Source: a virus (taxonomy: Duplodnaviria > Caudoviricetes). Taken from it: a stretch of DNA of 61,628 nucleotides. The notes below the pieces were generated by a model, which had not been told where the DNA came from, did not search any database, and saw only the letters and a list, made by a program, of their open reading frames with translations. Shown here piece after piece: positions 45,458-53,733 of the stretch. A program made the position numbers and the translations under genes. Location: positions 1 to 61,628 of IMG/VR virus record IMGVR_UViG_3300044840_000050. One strand, given 5' to 3'. Position 1 is the first letter of the stretch. Every line of letters begins with the position of its first letter.

Positions 45458-47316
45458 TGCGGCGCCTCATCGCAACCATCTTAGGTGCGGCACTCGTCGC
45501 AGCCGGGCTCGCCGCGTGCGACACGACGACACCGCCTGTTTCGCAGACGTTGCCGATTCGGGCCGCGTTCTACTACCCGACCTTTCCTGAGTGGTGGAAC
45601 CAGCAAGGCTTCAACCCGTTCACGAACTACACCCCGACGCGCGGCTACTACGACACGAACAACGTCGTCGCAGCGCACGTGCAGGACATGCTCTACGCAG
45701 GACTCACAGCGGGCATCGCGAGCTGGTGGGGGCAGGGCACGAAGTCCGACGGCCGGATGCCGAACCTCCTCGCCGCGACGTCGGGCACGAAGTTCCAGTG
45801 GGCTCCGTACTACGAACCCGAAGGCGTCGGCGACCCGACCCCCGCGGTCATCAAGTCGGACCTCGACTACCTCGCATCGAAGTACACGTCAAACCCAGGG
45901 TTCCTTCACGTCAACGGCAAGCCCGTCATCTTCGCGTTCGCGCAAGGGTCGGACGGCTGTTCGATGGTCGACCGGTGGAAGAACGCCGACCCGAACCACG
46001 CGTTCTACGTCGACCTGAAGGTCTTCCCGGGCTACAAGTCGTGCGCGAACCAGCCTGACAGTTGGCACCAGTACGGGCCGTCGTCACCGACCGATTCGCA
46101 GGCCGGTTACAGCTACAGCGTGAGCCCGGGATTCTGGAAGAAGGGCGAAGCGACTCCGCGTCTCGCTCGAGACCCAGCGCGCTTCGCTGCGAACGTCGCG
46201 AGCATGGTCGCGTCGAAAGCACCGTGGCAGCTGACCACAACTTTCAACGAGTGGGGCGAGGGCTCCGCTATCGAGTCCGCGACGCAATGGTCATCGCCGT
46301 CCGGACGCGGCAAGTACCTCGACATCTTGCACAACCAACTCGTCGGCTCAACGACGACAACAACGGGGGGAACGTCATCGACAACGAGTTCGTCCCCGAC
46401 GACATCCCCTACGACTACAACGACTTCCTCGTCCTCTACGAGCACGACCACGTCGTCCTCTACCTCGACGACGGTTACGTCCCCTACTTCTACGAGCACA
46501 ACTACGACGACCGTTCCCACTTCATCCTCGCCGTGCGGAAATCCGGGGACACCGAAACTCCACCAAAAAGTGGTGGTCTTCAGTTTCGAGAACCGGACGT
46601 GGTCAGGGGTTGGCGGAACGCAATTCCAAAGCATCCCGTACTTCAACGGGTTGGCGAAACAGTGTTCGACCTTCTCCAACGACACCGAACCTGATACCAG
46701 CCAGAACAGCGCAACCCAGTACGTCGGCCAGTGGCAGGGTTCGACGGCGAACACGGTCCGCAACGACTGCAACCCGGGCCCGTCGTGTCAATCAACTGCG
46801 GACAACATCGCTCGGCAGATACGCAACGGCGGCGGGACGGCACGTTCCTACGTGGAGGGCGCGACCTCGGCGTGTAGCGCTTCGGGGAACGCGGCGAAAC
46901 ACATCCCCGCCCTCTACTTCTTCGGCGGGACGGACCATTCGTTCTGCAATCAAGAGGTGCTGCCGTACAGCCAGTTCAACCCGAACCTCCTCGCGGACTT
47001 CAGCTTCATCACTCCGACCCTATGCGACGATGGGCACGACTGTCCTAACAGCACTGTTTCGGCGTGGGCGAGTACCAATGTGCAGCGCGTAATTGATTCT
47101 GCGGCATACAAAGCGGGAGATGTAACTATTCAAATTTGGTATGATGAGGACGCGCCTATCCCCAATATGTTCATTGGGTTGCACGCTATTGCTGGGGTGA
47201 AATCGACCCCCATCGATTATGGGTCAACCCTCCGGCTTTGGGAGGATCTTGTGGGGCTTCCGCATATCGCACACGCTGTTACAGCAACCGATATCCGACC
47301 GCTAGCCCGTATCTGA
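45457..47316 (+). CDS. lipoprotein: GH99-like glycoside hydrolase + S/T linker + phosphoesterase domain
   Basis: lipobox GLAAC; AFYYP, SWWG, YYE, FNEWGEG; FSFENR...KHIP...FITPTLCDDGHD. Confidence 0.78.
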   Translation: MRRLIATILGAALVAAGLAACDTTTPPVSQTLPIRAAFYYPTFPEWWNQQGFNPFTNYTPTRGYYDTNNVVAAHVQDMLYAGLTAGIASWWGQGTKSDGRMPNLLAATSGTKFQWAPYYEPEGVGDPTPAVIKSDLDYLASKYTSNPGFLHVNGKPVIFAFAQGSDGCSMVDRWKNADPNHAFYVDLKVFPGYKSCANQPDSWHQYGPSSPTDSQAGYSYSVSPGFWKKGEATPRLARDPARFAANVASMVASKAPWQLTTTFNEWGEGSAIESATQWSSPSGRGKYLDILHNQLVGSTTTTTGGTSSTTSSSPTTSPTTTTTSSSSTSTTTSSSTSTTVTSPTSTSTTTTTVPTSSSPCGNPGTPKLHQKVVVFSFENRTWSGVGGTQFQSIPYFNGLAKQCSTFSNDTEPDTSQNSATQYVGQWQGSTANTVRNDCNPGPSCQSTADNIARQIRNGGGTARSYVEGATSACSASGNAAKHIPALYFFGGTDHSFCNQEVLPYSQFNPNLLADFSFITPTLCDDGHDCPNSTVSAWASTNVQRVIDSAAYKAGDVTIQIWYDEDAPIPNMFIGLHAIAGVKSTPIDYGSTLRLWEDLVGLPHIAHAVTATDIRPLARI

Positions 47317-47832
47317 ATGAGGACGTGTCAATCGCCACCCTGCACCGAATCGCTAGAGGGGCGACCTCCAAGGTTTCTGTATTGCTCACCTCGGTGCAGG
47401 AGTCGAGAAGCGAATCGCAACTACCGGAAACAGAGTCCCGACAAGGCCGCAGCAAACACTCGCCGCTATCGGGCGGCGCATGGTGACGCGAGGCGCGAAT
47501 ACAACAATCGGTGGCGCGCGGAGAACCCCGAAATGTGGAGGGCGCTAACTCTCAAACACACTCGCCTGATTCGTGCTCGCCGTGCGGGCGTGAAGATCTA
47601 CGAGATATCGGATCGGGACTTGGAGCGATTGATGAACCGCCAAGGTGGTCGCTGCGCCTATTGCCACACGGTCCCGACTGAATGGCAACTTGACCACATC
47701 ATCCCGCTTATTCGTGGTGGGCAAGATGCGATCGGCAATCTCGCCTGGTCCTGCGCGTACTGCAACCGGAGCAAACGTCGGAGCACCGTGACTGAGTGGT
47801 ATCTACGGCTGCGCCGAAAGCTGGCTGCGTGA
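47317..47832 (+). CDS. free-standing HNH endonuclease
   Basis: CAYC...LDHIIPLIRGG...NLAWSCAYCNRSK. Confidence 0.92.
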   Translation: MRTCQSPPCTESLEGRPPRFLYCSPRCRSREANRNYRKQSPDKAAANTRRYRAAHGDARREYNNRWRAENPEMWRALTLKHTRLIRARRAGVKIYEISDRDLERLMNRQGGRCAYCHTVPTEWQLDHIIPLIRGGQDAIGNLAWSCAYCNRSKRRSTVTEWYLRLRRKLAA

Positions 47833-48389
47833 CCGACGAACTCACCACTCAACTCGCGGGCGCCCAAACGATCCGTGAAGCAATCGCCGTCATGGACCTT
47901 CTACCAAGGAGCGCGATGCCGCCACTTGACCTAAACCTCACCGTCTCACTCCCACAAGAACAGCTCGACCAGCTCACCCGAATCGAAGACGCAATCCACC
48001 AACTACAAATCCAAGGAGAACAGATGGCACTCGACCTTTCCCGTTTGACCGACGACGTCGGCGCAACCCGCACGGTTGAGGACTCCTCCGCCGCGCTCAT
48101 CCAACAGATCGTCGACGAACTCCGCGCCAGCGCAGGCGACCAAGCCGCAATCAACATGCTCGCCGACTCCCTCGAAGAGGGAAAGACGAACCTCGGTACG
48201 GCAGTCGCCGCGAACACGCCCGGATCGGGTGGCGGTGGCGGTCAGCCCGTCCCGTTCGTGACGAAGGTCGACGGCGAAGTGTTCGGCGACTACCAGACGC
48301 GTCTGTTCACGTACAACAGCCAGGTGCCGGCGGATCAGCAGGCGCCGACGTTGTCGGAGGCCGACTGGAACGCGGCACCGGTCGGATGA
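47829..48389 (+). CDS. coiled-coil hypothetical protein
   Basis: GTGA overlap; in-frame alternative starts at 47916 and 48024 with AAGGAG. Confidence 0.6.
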   Translation: MTDELTTQLAGAQTIREAIAVMDLLPRSAMPPLDLNLTVSLPQEQLDQLTRIEDAIHQLQIQGEQMALDLSRLTDDVGATRTVEDSSAALIQQIVDELRASAGDQAAINMLADSLEEGKTNLGTAVAANTPGSGGGGGQPVPFVTKVDGEVFGDYQTRLFTYNSQVPADQQAPTLSEADWNAAPVG

Positions 48390-48595
48390 GCGGGCTTGGG
48401 CAATACGCCAAGTTCTTCGCCGGTCTGGCGGGAGTGCTCGCCCAGGTCATCGCAGCGAACGTCGTGACGGGCTCCGCGTTGCATTACTGCCAGGTAGCTC
48501 TGGCGGCGTTGACCGCGCTGAGCGTGTTCATCGTTCCGAACGCGCCCGCGCCGCCAGCTCCGCCTGCGGCACCGAACGCCGCTCCAGCGCCGTAA
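48386..48595 (+). CDS. holin-like two-TM protein
   Basis: YAKFFAGLAG...ALTALSVFIVPN resembles actinophage holins. Confidence 0.7.
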   Translation: MSGLGQYAKFFAGLAGVLAQVIAANVVTGSALHYCQVALAALTALSVFIVPNAPAPPAPPAAPNAAPAP

Positions 48596-48637
48596 GTGCC
48601 TCGCTAGTCCCCACACTGCGCGCGCAGGAGCGGTATC

Positions 48638-48695
48638 AGCCCCTCGGTCCTTCCGCTTCCATGCGCGGTCGGGCCGAGGGGCTCCTTCGCGTTTT
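48638..48695 (+). terminator. intrinsic terminator ending the late operon
   Basis: AGCCCCTCGGTCC/GGGCCGAGGGGCT stem followed by CCTTCGCGTTTT; convergent genes. Confidence 0.65.
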
Positions 48696-48909
48696 ACGTT
48701 CGCATCACGGGTTCGAGGGAGCGTTGCAACCGACCATGAGCCTCTTCCATGTCCCGAGCAAAGGTATCCATCACCCCGCGCACGTACTCAGCCTCGGTGA
48801 TGACTACGCATTCCGAACAGAGACTGTCGCCGAGCGTCACGTGCTTCACGTCGCCCATGCACTTGGCGAACATCGGACTCTTCACAGGCGTCAGCGCGTT
48901 CATCGCCAT
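48694..48909 (-). CDS. hypothetical protein
   Basis: GAAAGG RBS on the minus strand. Confidence 0.6.
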   Translation of the reverse strand: MAMNALTPVKSPMFAKCMGDVKHVTLGDSLCSECVVITEAEYVRGVMDTFARDMEEAHGRLQRSLEPVMRT

Positions 48910-48999
48910 CGCGTTTCCTTTCGATAGTGCCCCGCCCCCATCCCGCGCCCGAGTCGACAAGACGCGGGACATGGTAGGAGGCGGGGCTTTCGCTACCCC

Positions 49000-49278
49000 T
49001 CACGAGGAGCGATGTCGCCCGAGGTTGTGAGCGAGGTTCGCGTTTGCCTCGGCAACGGTGACGCCAGCAAGCGCTGGGCGTGTACGACGTTCGCGGACTC
49101 GCACGATGGCCTCGCGTTCCGACATGCCAGGGTGCGAGGACATTTCCATGCGGACGCACCCACTGCAATAGTCAGGCCGACGACGGCGCTCGGTCTCGGC
49201 GCGGAGTTCGGCCAGTCGCGTTTCCAGCATCGCCAGTTCGACTGTGCGCCGAGCTTTGCGGAGCTTGCTTCCGAGCAT
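49000..49278 (-). CDS. hypothetical protein
   Basis: AAGGAG RBS on the minus strand. Confidence 0.6.
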   Translation of the reverse strand: MLGSKLRKARRTVELAMLETRLAELRAETERRRRPDYCSGCVRMEMSSHPGMSEREAIVRVRERRTRPALAGVTVAEANANLAHNLGRHRSS

Positions 49279-49380
49279 CTCGTTCTCCTTCTAGTGAGGG
49301 GATAGCGGCTACCACAACCGCACCTCTCATTCTCGCACGAACCTGCGCCAACTACAACGCGCACGGGTTATCGTCCCGCA

Positions 49381-50022
49381 ATGGAACGCGACGAGATCAT
49401 CCGCCAGTTCGCCAAACTCTGGTGGGCCGAGCATAAGACGACGTTCTTCTCGAACCGTTGGATGGGCGTCCCAACCCTCCAACACCCCTTCGACGCATGG
49501 GTCACCCAAGAGATCATCTGCGAAGTACGACCCGACCTCATCATCGAGTGCGGCAGCTACCGGGGCGGCAGCGCAATCATGTGGGCGATGCTCCTCGAAC
49601 AACTCGGCAACGGCCGCGTCCTGACCATCGACATCGACGCGCATCTCGACCGTGCGAAACAAGAACCCATCTTCGGGCGAAGGGTCGACACGCTCTCGGG
49701 CAGCACCATCGCCCCCGACATCCTGGAACAGGTCCACGCCCACGCGGCCGGGAAACGGACGCTGGTCATCTTGGACTCCGACCACTCCCAAGCCCACGTC
49801 GCCGCCGAGATCGACGCCTACGCACCCTTCGTGTCGCCGGGCAGCTACCTGATCGTGCAGGACGGCATCGTGAACGGCCATCCGGTCGAACCGGACTACG
49901 GGCCGGGACCATTCGAGGCGGTCACCGAGTTCTTGGCGCACGATGACCGCTTCGAGGTCGACGCAGCGCGCGAACGGATGCTGTTCACGTTCAACCCGAA
50001 CGGCTTCTTACGCCGCCGCTAG
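49381..50022 (+). CDS. CmcI-family (cephalosporin hydroxylase/rhamnosyl O-methyltransferase-like) protein
   Basis: WMGVP, RPDLIIECG...GGSA, VILDSDH...HV, GSYLIVQD, GPGP, TFNPNGFL. Confidence 0.9.
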   Translation: MERDEIIRQFAKLWWAEHKTTFFSNRWMGVPTLQHPFDAWVTQEIICEVRPDLIIECGSYRGGSAIMWAMLLEQLGNGRVLTIDIDAHLDRAKQEPIFGRRVDTLSGSTIAPDILEQVHAHAAGKRTLVILDSDHSQAHVAAEIDAYAPFVSPGSYLIVQDGIVNGHPVEPDYGPGPFEAVTEFLAHDDRFEVDAARERMLFTFNPNGFLRRR

Positions 50023-50177
50023 GACGCGGGTTTCGCCTCTTCCACCGTCAGGCGATACTCCGCGTCCCACCGGGCGATCTCGGCTTCCGTCTCCTCGTAG
50101 CGAGGCCCGGACGGCGCGAGCCCTAACGCTTCGCGCTCGAGCTCCCACACCGATTTCACGTCGTTGCCCATTGTCAT
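50019..50177 (-). CDS. hypothetical protein
   Basis: overlaps the stop of the upstream lipoprotein; GGAGG nearby. Confidence 0.45.
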   Translation of the reverse strand: MTMGNDVKSVWELEREALGLAPSGPRYEETEAEIARWDAEYRLTVEEAKPAS

Positions 50178-50560
50178 CCTCCGCACGCTGTCGGGGTCGA
50201 GCCGAACGCCGTGTCGATACCGCAGTTGATCCCGAAGATCTCGTCGAGCTTCGACTCGTCCGAGCCCGAGAAACGGGCGGTGATAGCGGTCCGCCATTCG
50301 ATGCGGCTCGAGCAGTCGTTCATCGACACTTCCATCAGGTTCGTGAACGGTGCCCCGCCCTTGACGCCGAGCTTGTGGTTCGTGTAGGCGGCGAGCTTGT
50401 CGACAGCGGCCATGCACAGTGACCCGACACCGGCCGGAATCGTCGTCGTAGTGGTCGCCGGGATAGTGCGCGTCGTTGTCGTGACCGGCTTCGCGGCTTT
50501 CGCGGTCCCGCCACAGGCTGCGAGTAGGAGGATGGGGAGAATTGCCCTACGGGCGAGCAT
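50174..50560 (-). CDS. lipoprotein with Thr-rich linker
   Basis: MLARRAILPILLLAAC lipobox; GACAAT -10 7 nt before ATG. Confidence 0.7.
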   Translation of the reverse strand: MLARRAILPILLLAACGGTAKAAKPVTTTTRTIPATTTTTIPAGVGSLCMAAVDKLAAYTNHKLGVKGGAPFTNLMEVSMNDCSSRIEWRTAITARFSGSDESKLDEIFGINCGIDTAFGSTPTACGG

Positions 50561-50670
50561 GGACGGAATTGTCGACCTCTTTCGCGCTTCCGTCAAACGG
50601 CGGAAAGGCCGCATGAGATTTGCGGCACTATTCGCGAACTGAACGGTTTGTCCGTCCGATACTCCCATTC

Positions 50671-50729
50671 GGGGTCGGGACCTCCGTGCCCGCTTCCGCG
50701 ACACCGGCAGCAGCGGAGGTTCCGGCCCC
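50671..50729 (+). ncRNA. candidate small hairpin RNA
   Basis: 16-bp stem with two G-U pairs on + strand; GATACT -10-like box 7 nt upstream. Confidence 0.35.
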
Positions 50730-50742
50730 ACCCATCATGCGC

Positions 50743-51582
50743 TCAATCCACAGGTAGACCAAGACAAGGAATCTTCAACTGTTCAATCGCCGCGGTCGCG
50801 GCACTCCGGTCCCACGCCGCATAGCCGGCGGTGGTTCGCGGGTCGGCATGGCCGAGGAGTTCCTGAGTGAGTCGCAAGTCCTTCGTCGCGGCGAACACGT
50901 CCGTCGCGAACCGGTGCCGAAACTGATGGAATGTCGCTTCCACGCCAATCGAGTGAAGGAAGAAGTTCACCCCATGTGAGACGTTCCACGGCCGCATGGG
51001 CCGCTTCGGATGGTCCCAGTGGGGGAACAGCCACCCCTGCCGAGGTAGGTCATCGAGTTCGGCGGCGACTTCCGGATGCAGCGGCACGAGACGTTGTTTC
51101 CCGCCCTTGCCTTCAACGATGACGATCATGTTGAGGTCCCAGTTGATGTCCTCGCCGCGCAGGTTCGCTATCTCACACGCGCGTAGGCCGGCCAGCAGCC
51201 CGAGAAGCATCCAGGGCCGTACGCGGTCCGGCGCGTTCAGCAAAGCCGGGATGAGGTCCCGGTCCGAGATGGGGCGCGGGAGTCGCCGTTGGAGGCGGGG
51301 CTGCATGAGCCGTACGGTCGGGTCGTCGTCGCGGAGCCTCGAGCGGACCATCCACCTGTAGAAGTTCGATGCGTGGGAGAGATACCGGCCACGTGCTGCC
51401 GGTTCGATGCGCGTCGCGAGGTCCGCATACCAGAGCTCGAGGTCGTCGGCGGTGGCAGTCTCGATGGGTTTGCCGAGCGTGCGTTCGAGAAGTGCCAGCT
51501 GCTGTCGCCGGACCGTGATGTATGACGGTCGCAGATTCCGTTGCGCGCACCATTCGAGATGGCGCGCGACGTGTTCGCTCAT
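50743..51582 (-). CDS. int: tyrosine integrase/recombinase (short, no arm-binding domain)
   Basis: GLRACE (R), GKGGKQR (K), HQFRH, LLGHAD...TTAGY. Confidence 0.93.
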   Translation of the reverse strand: MSEHVARHLEWCAQRNLRPSYITVRRQQLALLERTLGKPIETATADDLELWYADLATRIEPAARGRYLSHASNFYRWMVRSRLRDDDPTVRLMQPRLQRRLPRPISDRDLIPALLNAPDRVRPWMLLGLLAGLRACEIANLRGEDINWDLNMIVIVEGKGGKQRLVPLHPEVAAELDDLPRQGWLFPHWDHPKRPMRPWNVSHGVNFFLHSIGVEATFHQFRHRFATDVFAATKDLRLTQELLGHADPRTTAGYAAWDRSAATAAIEQLKIPCLGLPVD

Positions 51583-51657
51583 CGGTGTCCCCCTGGATTT
51601 TGACACCGGCGAGCAGTTTCTAGTGATCGTTTGCGCGCCCTGCAACATGCTTCTCCG

Positions 51658-51993
51658 TCAGGCCGCGCTTATGCGCTGTGCGTGGTCACCGAGCGGCAAT
51701 TCCATCTGACCTTGCGGCATTTCCACACTGGTCAACTTCGACCACATTTGGGAGTAGAACCACTCGACGGGGAAGTCGGTGATCTCCGCCCAGAGCTTCA
51801 CGGTGTTCTCGAGATGTCGCGGTTGGCTGCCGCGTTCCCAGTCCGAGATGGACGATGACGACGATCCCTCCCGGCCGAGGCGAGTCAGTTCTTGCGACAT
51901 GTACTCGAGCGTGAACCCGCGGTACTCACGGGCCTTTCGCAGTCTGTCGCCGAGCCCAAAACTCGGCAGCCCTTGGTGTTGGGGCATTGCCAT
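51658..51993 (-). CDS. immunity repressor (XRE HTH)
   Basis: LGDRLRKARE...SISDWERG; GGGAGG RBS; divergent from the xis/cro-like gene. Confidence 0.82.
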   Translation of the reverse strand: MAMPQHQGLPSFGLGDRLRKAREYRGFTLEYMSQELTRLGREGSSSSSISDWERGSQPRHLENTVKLWAEITDFPVEWFYSQMWSKLTSVEMPQGQMELPLGDHAQRISAA

Positions 51994-52047
51994 TGGTAAC
52001 CCTCCCAGGTTCCGCGCTGTACCGCGCTCCGTGGCAACCGTAACATG

Positions 52048-52100
52048 ACGGAGAATCCGTTGAATAGGGCCAATCTCCGCACGGGTACGGTCAGACCGTA
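52048..52100. promoter_or_regulatory. two putative operators ACGG-N5-CCGT
   Basis: ACGGagaatCCGT (52048-52060) and TACGGtcagaCCGTA (52086-52100); a third copy at 50643-50655. Confidence 0.55.
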
Positions 52101-52121
52101 GGACTGCGGTAAAACTGGTGG

Positions 52122-52150
52122 TTGACACCTAAACCGGAATCTGCCAGTCT
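52122..52150 (+). promoter_or_regulatory. early rightward promoter, leaderless
   Basis: TTGACA, 17 nt, CAGTCT, 6 nt, ATG. Confidence 0.7.
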
Positions 52151-52156
52151 GGCGCC

Positions 52157-52342
52157 ATGGCCCAGGCAGAGACCGAACGACCACTTACCAGCGCCAAGGT
52201 CGCCGAGCTGCTCGGCGTCAGCCCCGAGACGGTCGTGAGCTACGCCGAGCAGGGAAAGCTCGCCGGCTTCCGACTCCCGTCCGGCCACTGGCGCTTCCAC
52301 CGCGAGGACGTAGACGCCGTCATCGGCAAGGCCGCCTCGTGA
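52157..52342 (+). CDS. excisionase/Cro-like HTH_17 DNA-binding protein
   Basis: LTSAKVAELLGVSPETV...GKL..FRLPSGHWRF. Confidence 0.85.
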   Translation: MAQAETERPLTSAKVAELLGVSPETVVSYAEQGKLAGFRLPSGHWRFHREDVDAVIGKAAS

Positions 52343-52602
52343 GCGCCGACGCAATCGTCTGGGAAGACCCGCCGGGTCGGAGCGCGAGGACGCAGAGTAT
52401 CGACTTCGAGGCTCTCGTCGGAAACCTCAAAGCTCACCCGGGCAAATGGGCGATCGTCCGAACCTACGGGAGCCCGGGCGGCTACGGCCAGCATCAGGCG
52501 CGCTTGAAGGCTCTCGGGTGCGAAGCGGTAGGTCGGCGCACGGGCGTCGCTCCCTCAACTGAAACCACGCTCTACGCGCGTTGGCCCGAGGACGTCGCAT
52601 GA
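52339..52602 (+). CDS. hypothetical protein
   Basis: WEDPP...HPGKWA...LYARW; GTGA overlap. Confidence 0.7.
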   Translation: MSADAIVWEDPPGRSARTQSIDFEALVGNLKAHPGKWAIVRTYGSPGGYGQHQARLKALGCEAVGRRTGVAPSTETTLYARWPEDVA

Positions 52603-52736
52603 CCTTCGTCTTCTGGGCTCTCGGACTCCTCGCGGTAATCGCGTTTGCCATCTTCTTGATGACCGAGGAAGCGCGGCAGGACCGGCTTGAGGCGGATGCG
52701 TGGAACAGCACGCGACCGAAGCAGGACTTCCGGTGA
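52599..52736 (+). CDS. small membrane protein
   Basis: Own translation MTFVFWALGLLAVIAFAIFLM...; overlaps on both sides. Confidence 0.55.
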   Translation: MTFVFWALGLLAVIAFAIFLMTEEARQDRLEADAWNSTRPKQDFR

Positions 52737-52948
52737 GTCTCGCTCCCGTTCAGTCGGGGCGCGAGAGCGCCGCCTATCTGCGCGGCTTCTACGACGGGGC
52801 CGATCTCGTCAAGAGCATGGCCGAGCGCGCGATCGGCAACGTGCGCTATCCGGCCGCCGACCTTGACGGTGAACGCGCAGAGGTCGTGCGCCTGACTTGC
52901 AACAACATTCTGCGCGAGTTCGGCGCAATCTACGGAGCCGAAGGATGA
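52733..52948 (+). CDS. hypothetical protein
   Basis: GTGA overlap; AYLRGFYDG. Confidence 0.6.
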   Translation: MSLAPVQSGRESAAYLRGFYDGADLVKSMAERAIGNVRYPAADLDGERAEVVRLTCNNILREFGAIYGAEG

Positions 52949-53187
52949 CCGCCGCTATTCGCCTCAGTGAGTCGATGAGTGACGCGGAGAAGACGGCCAT
53001 TCGTCGCTCGCTGAACGCGACACCGTCGGCCCCAACAGTGGAACTCGTCGCGCCGGCGCGCGGCGAAACCGTGCGCGACGTGCTCATCGCCTTCCGCGAC
53101 GGACAAGAAGACCTGCATGGATTCCCGCGGCACCTCGTCGATTTCGATGCGCTGCTCGCGGCTTTGGAAAGGGCGGAGAAGCGATGA
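52945..53187 (+). CDS. hypothetical protein
   Basis: ATGA overlaps. Confidence 0.55.
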   Translation: MTAAIRLSESMSDAEKTAIRRSLNATPSAPTVELVAPARGETVRDVLIAFRDGQEDLHGFPRHLVDFDALLAALERAEKR

Positions 53188-53387
53188 AGCTCGGAGACTC
53201 TGTAGTCGCGTGTGACCGCTGCGGCGCCGAAGAACAACTGACCGACGCGCGGAACCTGCCGGAAGGCTGGCAGCCGTTGGAGCTCCCCGGAGCGAGTCGC
53301 AAGAAGGACATCTGCCCGTGGTGTCTCTCCTCACTGCGCGCGTGGTGGTACTCGGAGACGTTGGCGCAAGTGAGGTCTGCGCTATGA
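53184..53387 (+). CDS. small zinc-binding protein
   Basis: CDRCG...DICPWC. Confidence 0.65.
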   Translation: MKLGDSVVACDRCGAEEQLTDARNLPEGWQPLELPGASRKKDICPWCLSSLRAWWYSETLAQVRSAL

Positions 53388-53512
53388 GCGTCACCGTCAT
53401 CCGTCTTCAGTGCGGACACGTCGCCGACCCAAAAGAACGTCTTCGGTACGGCCCGGAGAAGTGGTGCGTGACTTGCTGCAACTGGCAGTTCCAAGTGGAG
53501 GACGCGAAATGA
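53384..53512 (+). CDS. small Cys-rich protein
   Basis: LQCGH...WCVTC; overlaps. Confidence 0.5.
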   Translation: MSVTVIRLQCGHVADPKERLRYGPEKWCVTCCNWQFQVEDAK

Positions 53513-53733
53513 TGCGCCCGTCGACCGCGTTCGGTATCGGCCTCATGTTCATCTTCGCGGGCGTCGCTTTGCTGTTCACGTTGAATCCTTGGGCGGCGAC
53601 GCTCCCCGTTCTTGTCGGGGTCGCGTTGTGTTGGCTCGCGTGTATTGAGACGGAGCCGGTGGAGTCCGAGTTCGACCGTCGTCTTCGTGAGGCGGAACAC
53701 CGTTACGACCGCGACCGGATGTCCGACCGGTGA
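53509..53733 (+). CDS. two-TM membrane protein
   Basis: GGAGG RBS; two hydrophobic segments. Confidence 0.6.
   Translation: MMRPSTAFGIGLMFIFAGVALLFTLNPWAATLPVLVGVALCWLACIETEPVESEFDRRLREAEHRYDRDRMSDR

Noticed and set aside
46345-46530. ACG/TCG-rich repetitive DNA (also 59360-59470)
   Set aside because: Encodes Ser/Thr linkers; not a CRISPR array or DNA-level tandem repeat.
50561-50742. tRNA-derived attP core downstream of the integrase
   Set aside because: No TTCGA-type T-loop/acceptor stem found; no tRNA gene recognised anywhere in the window.
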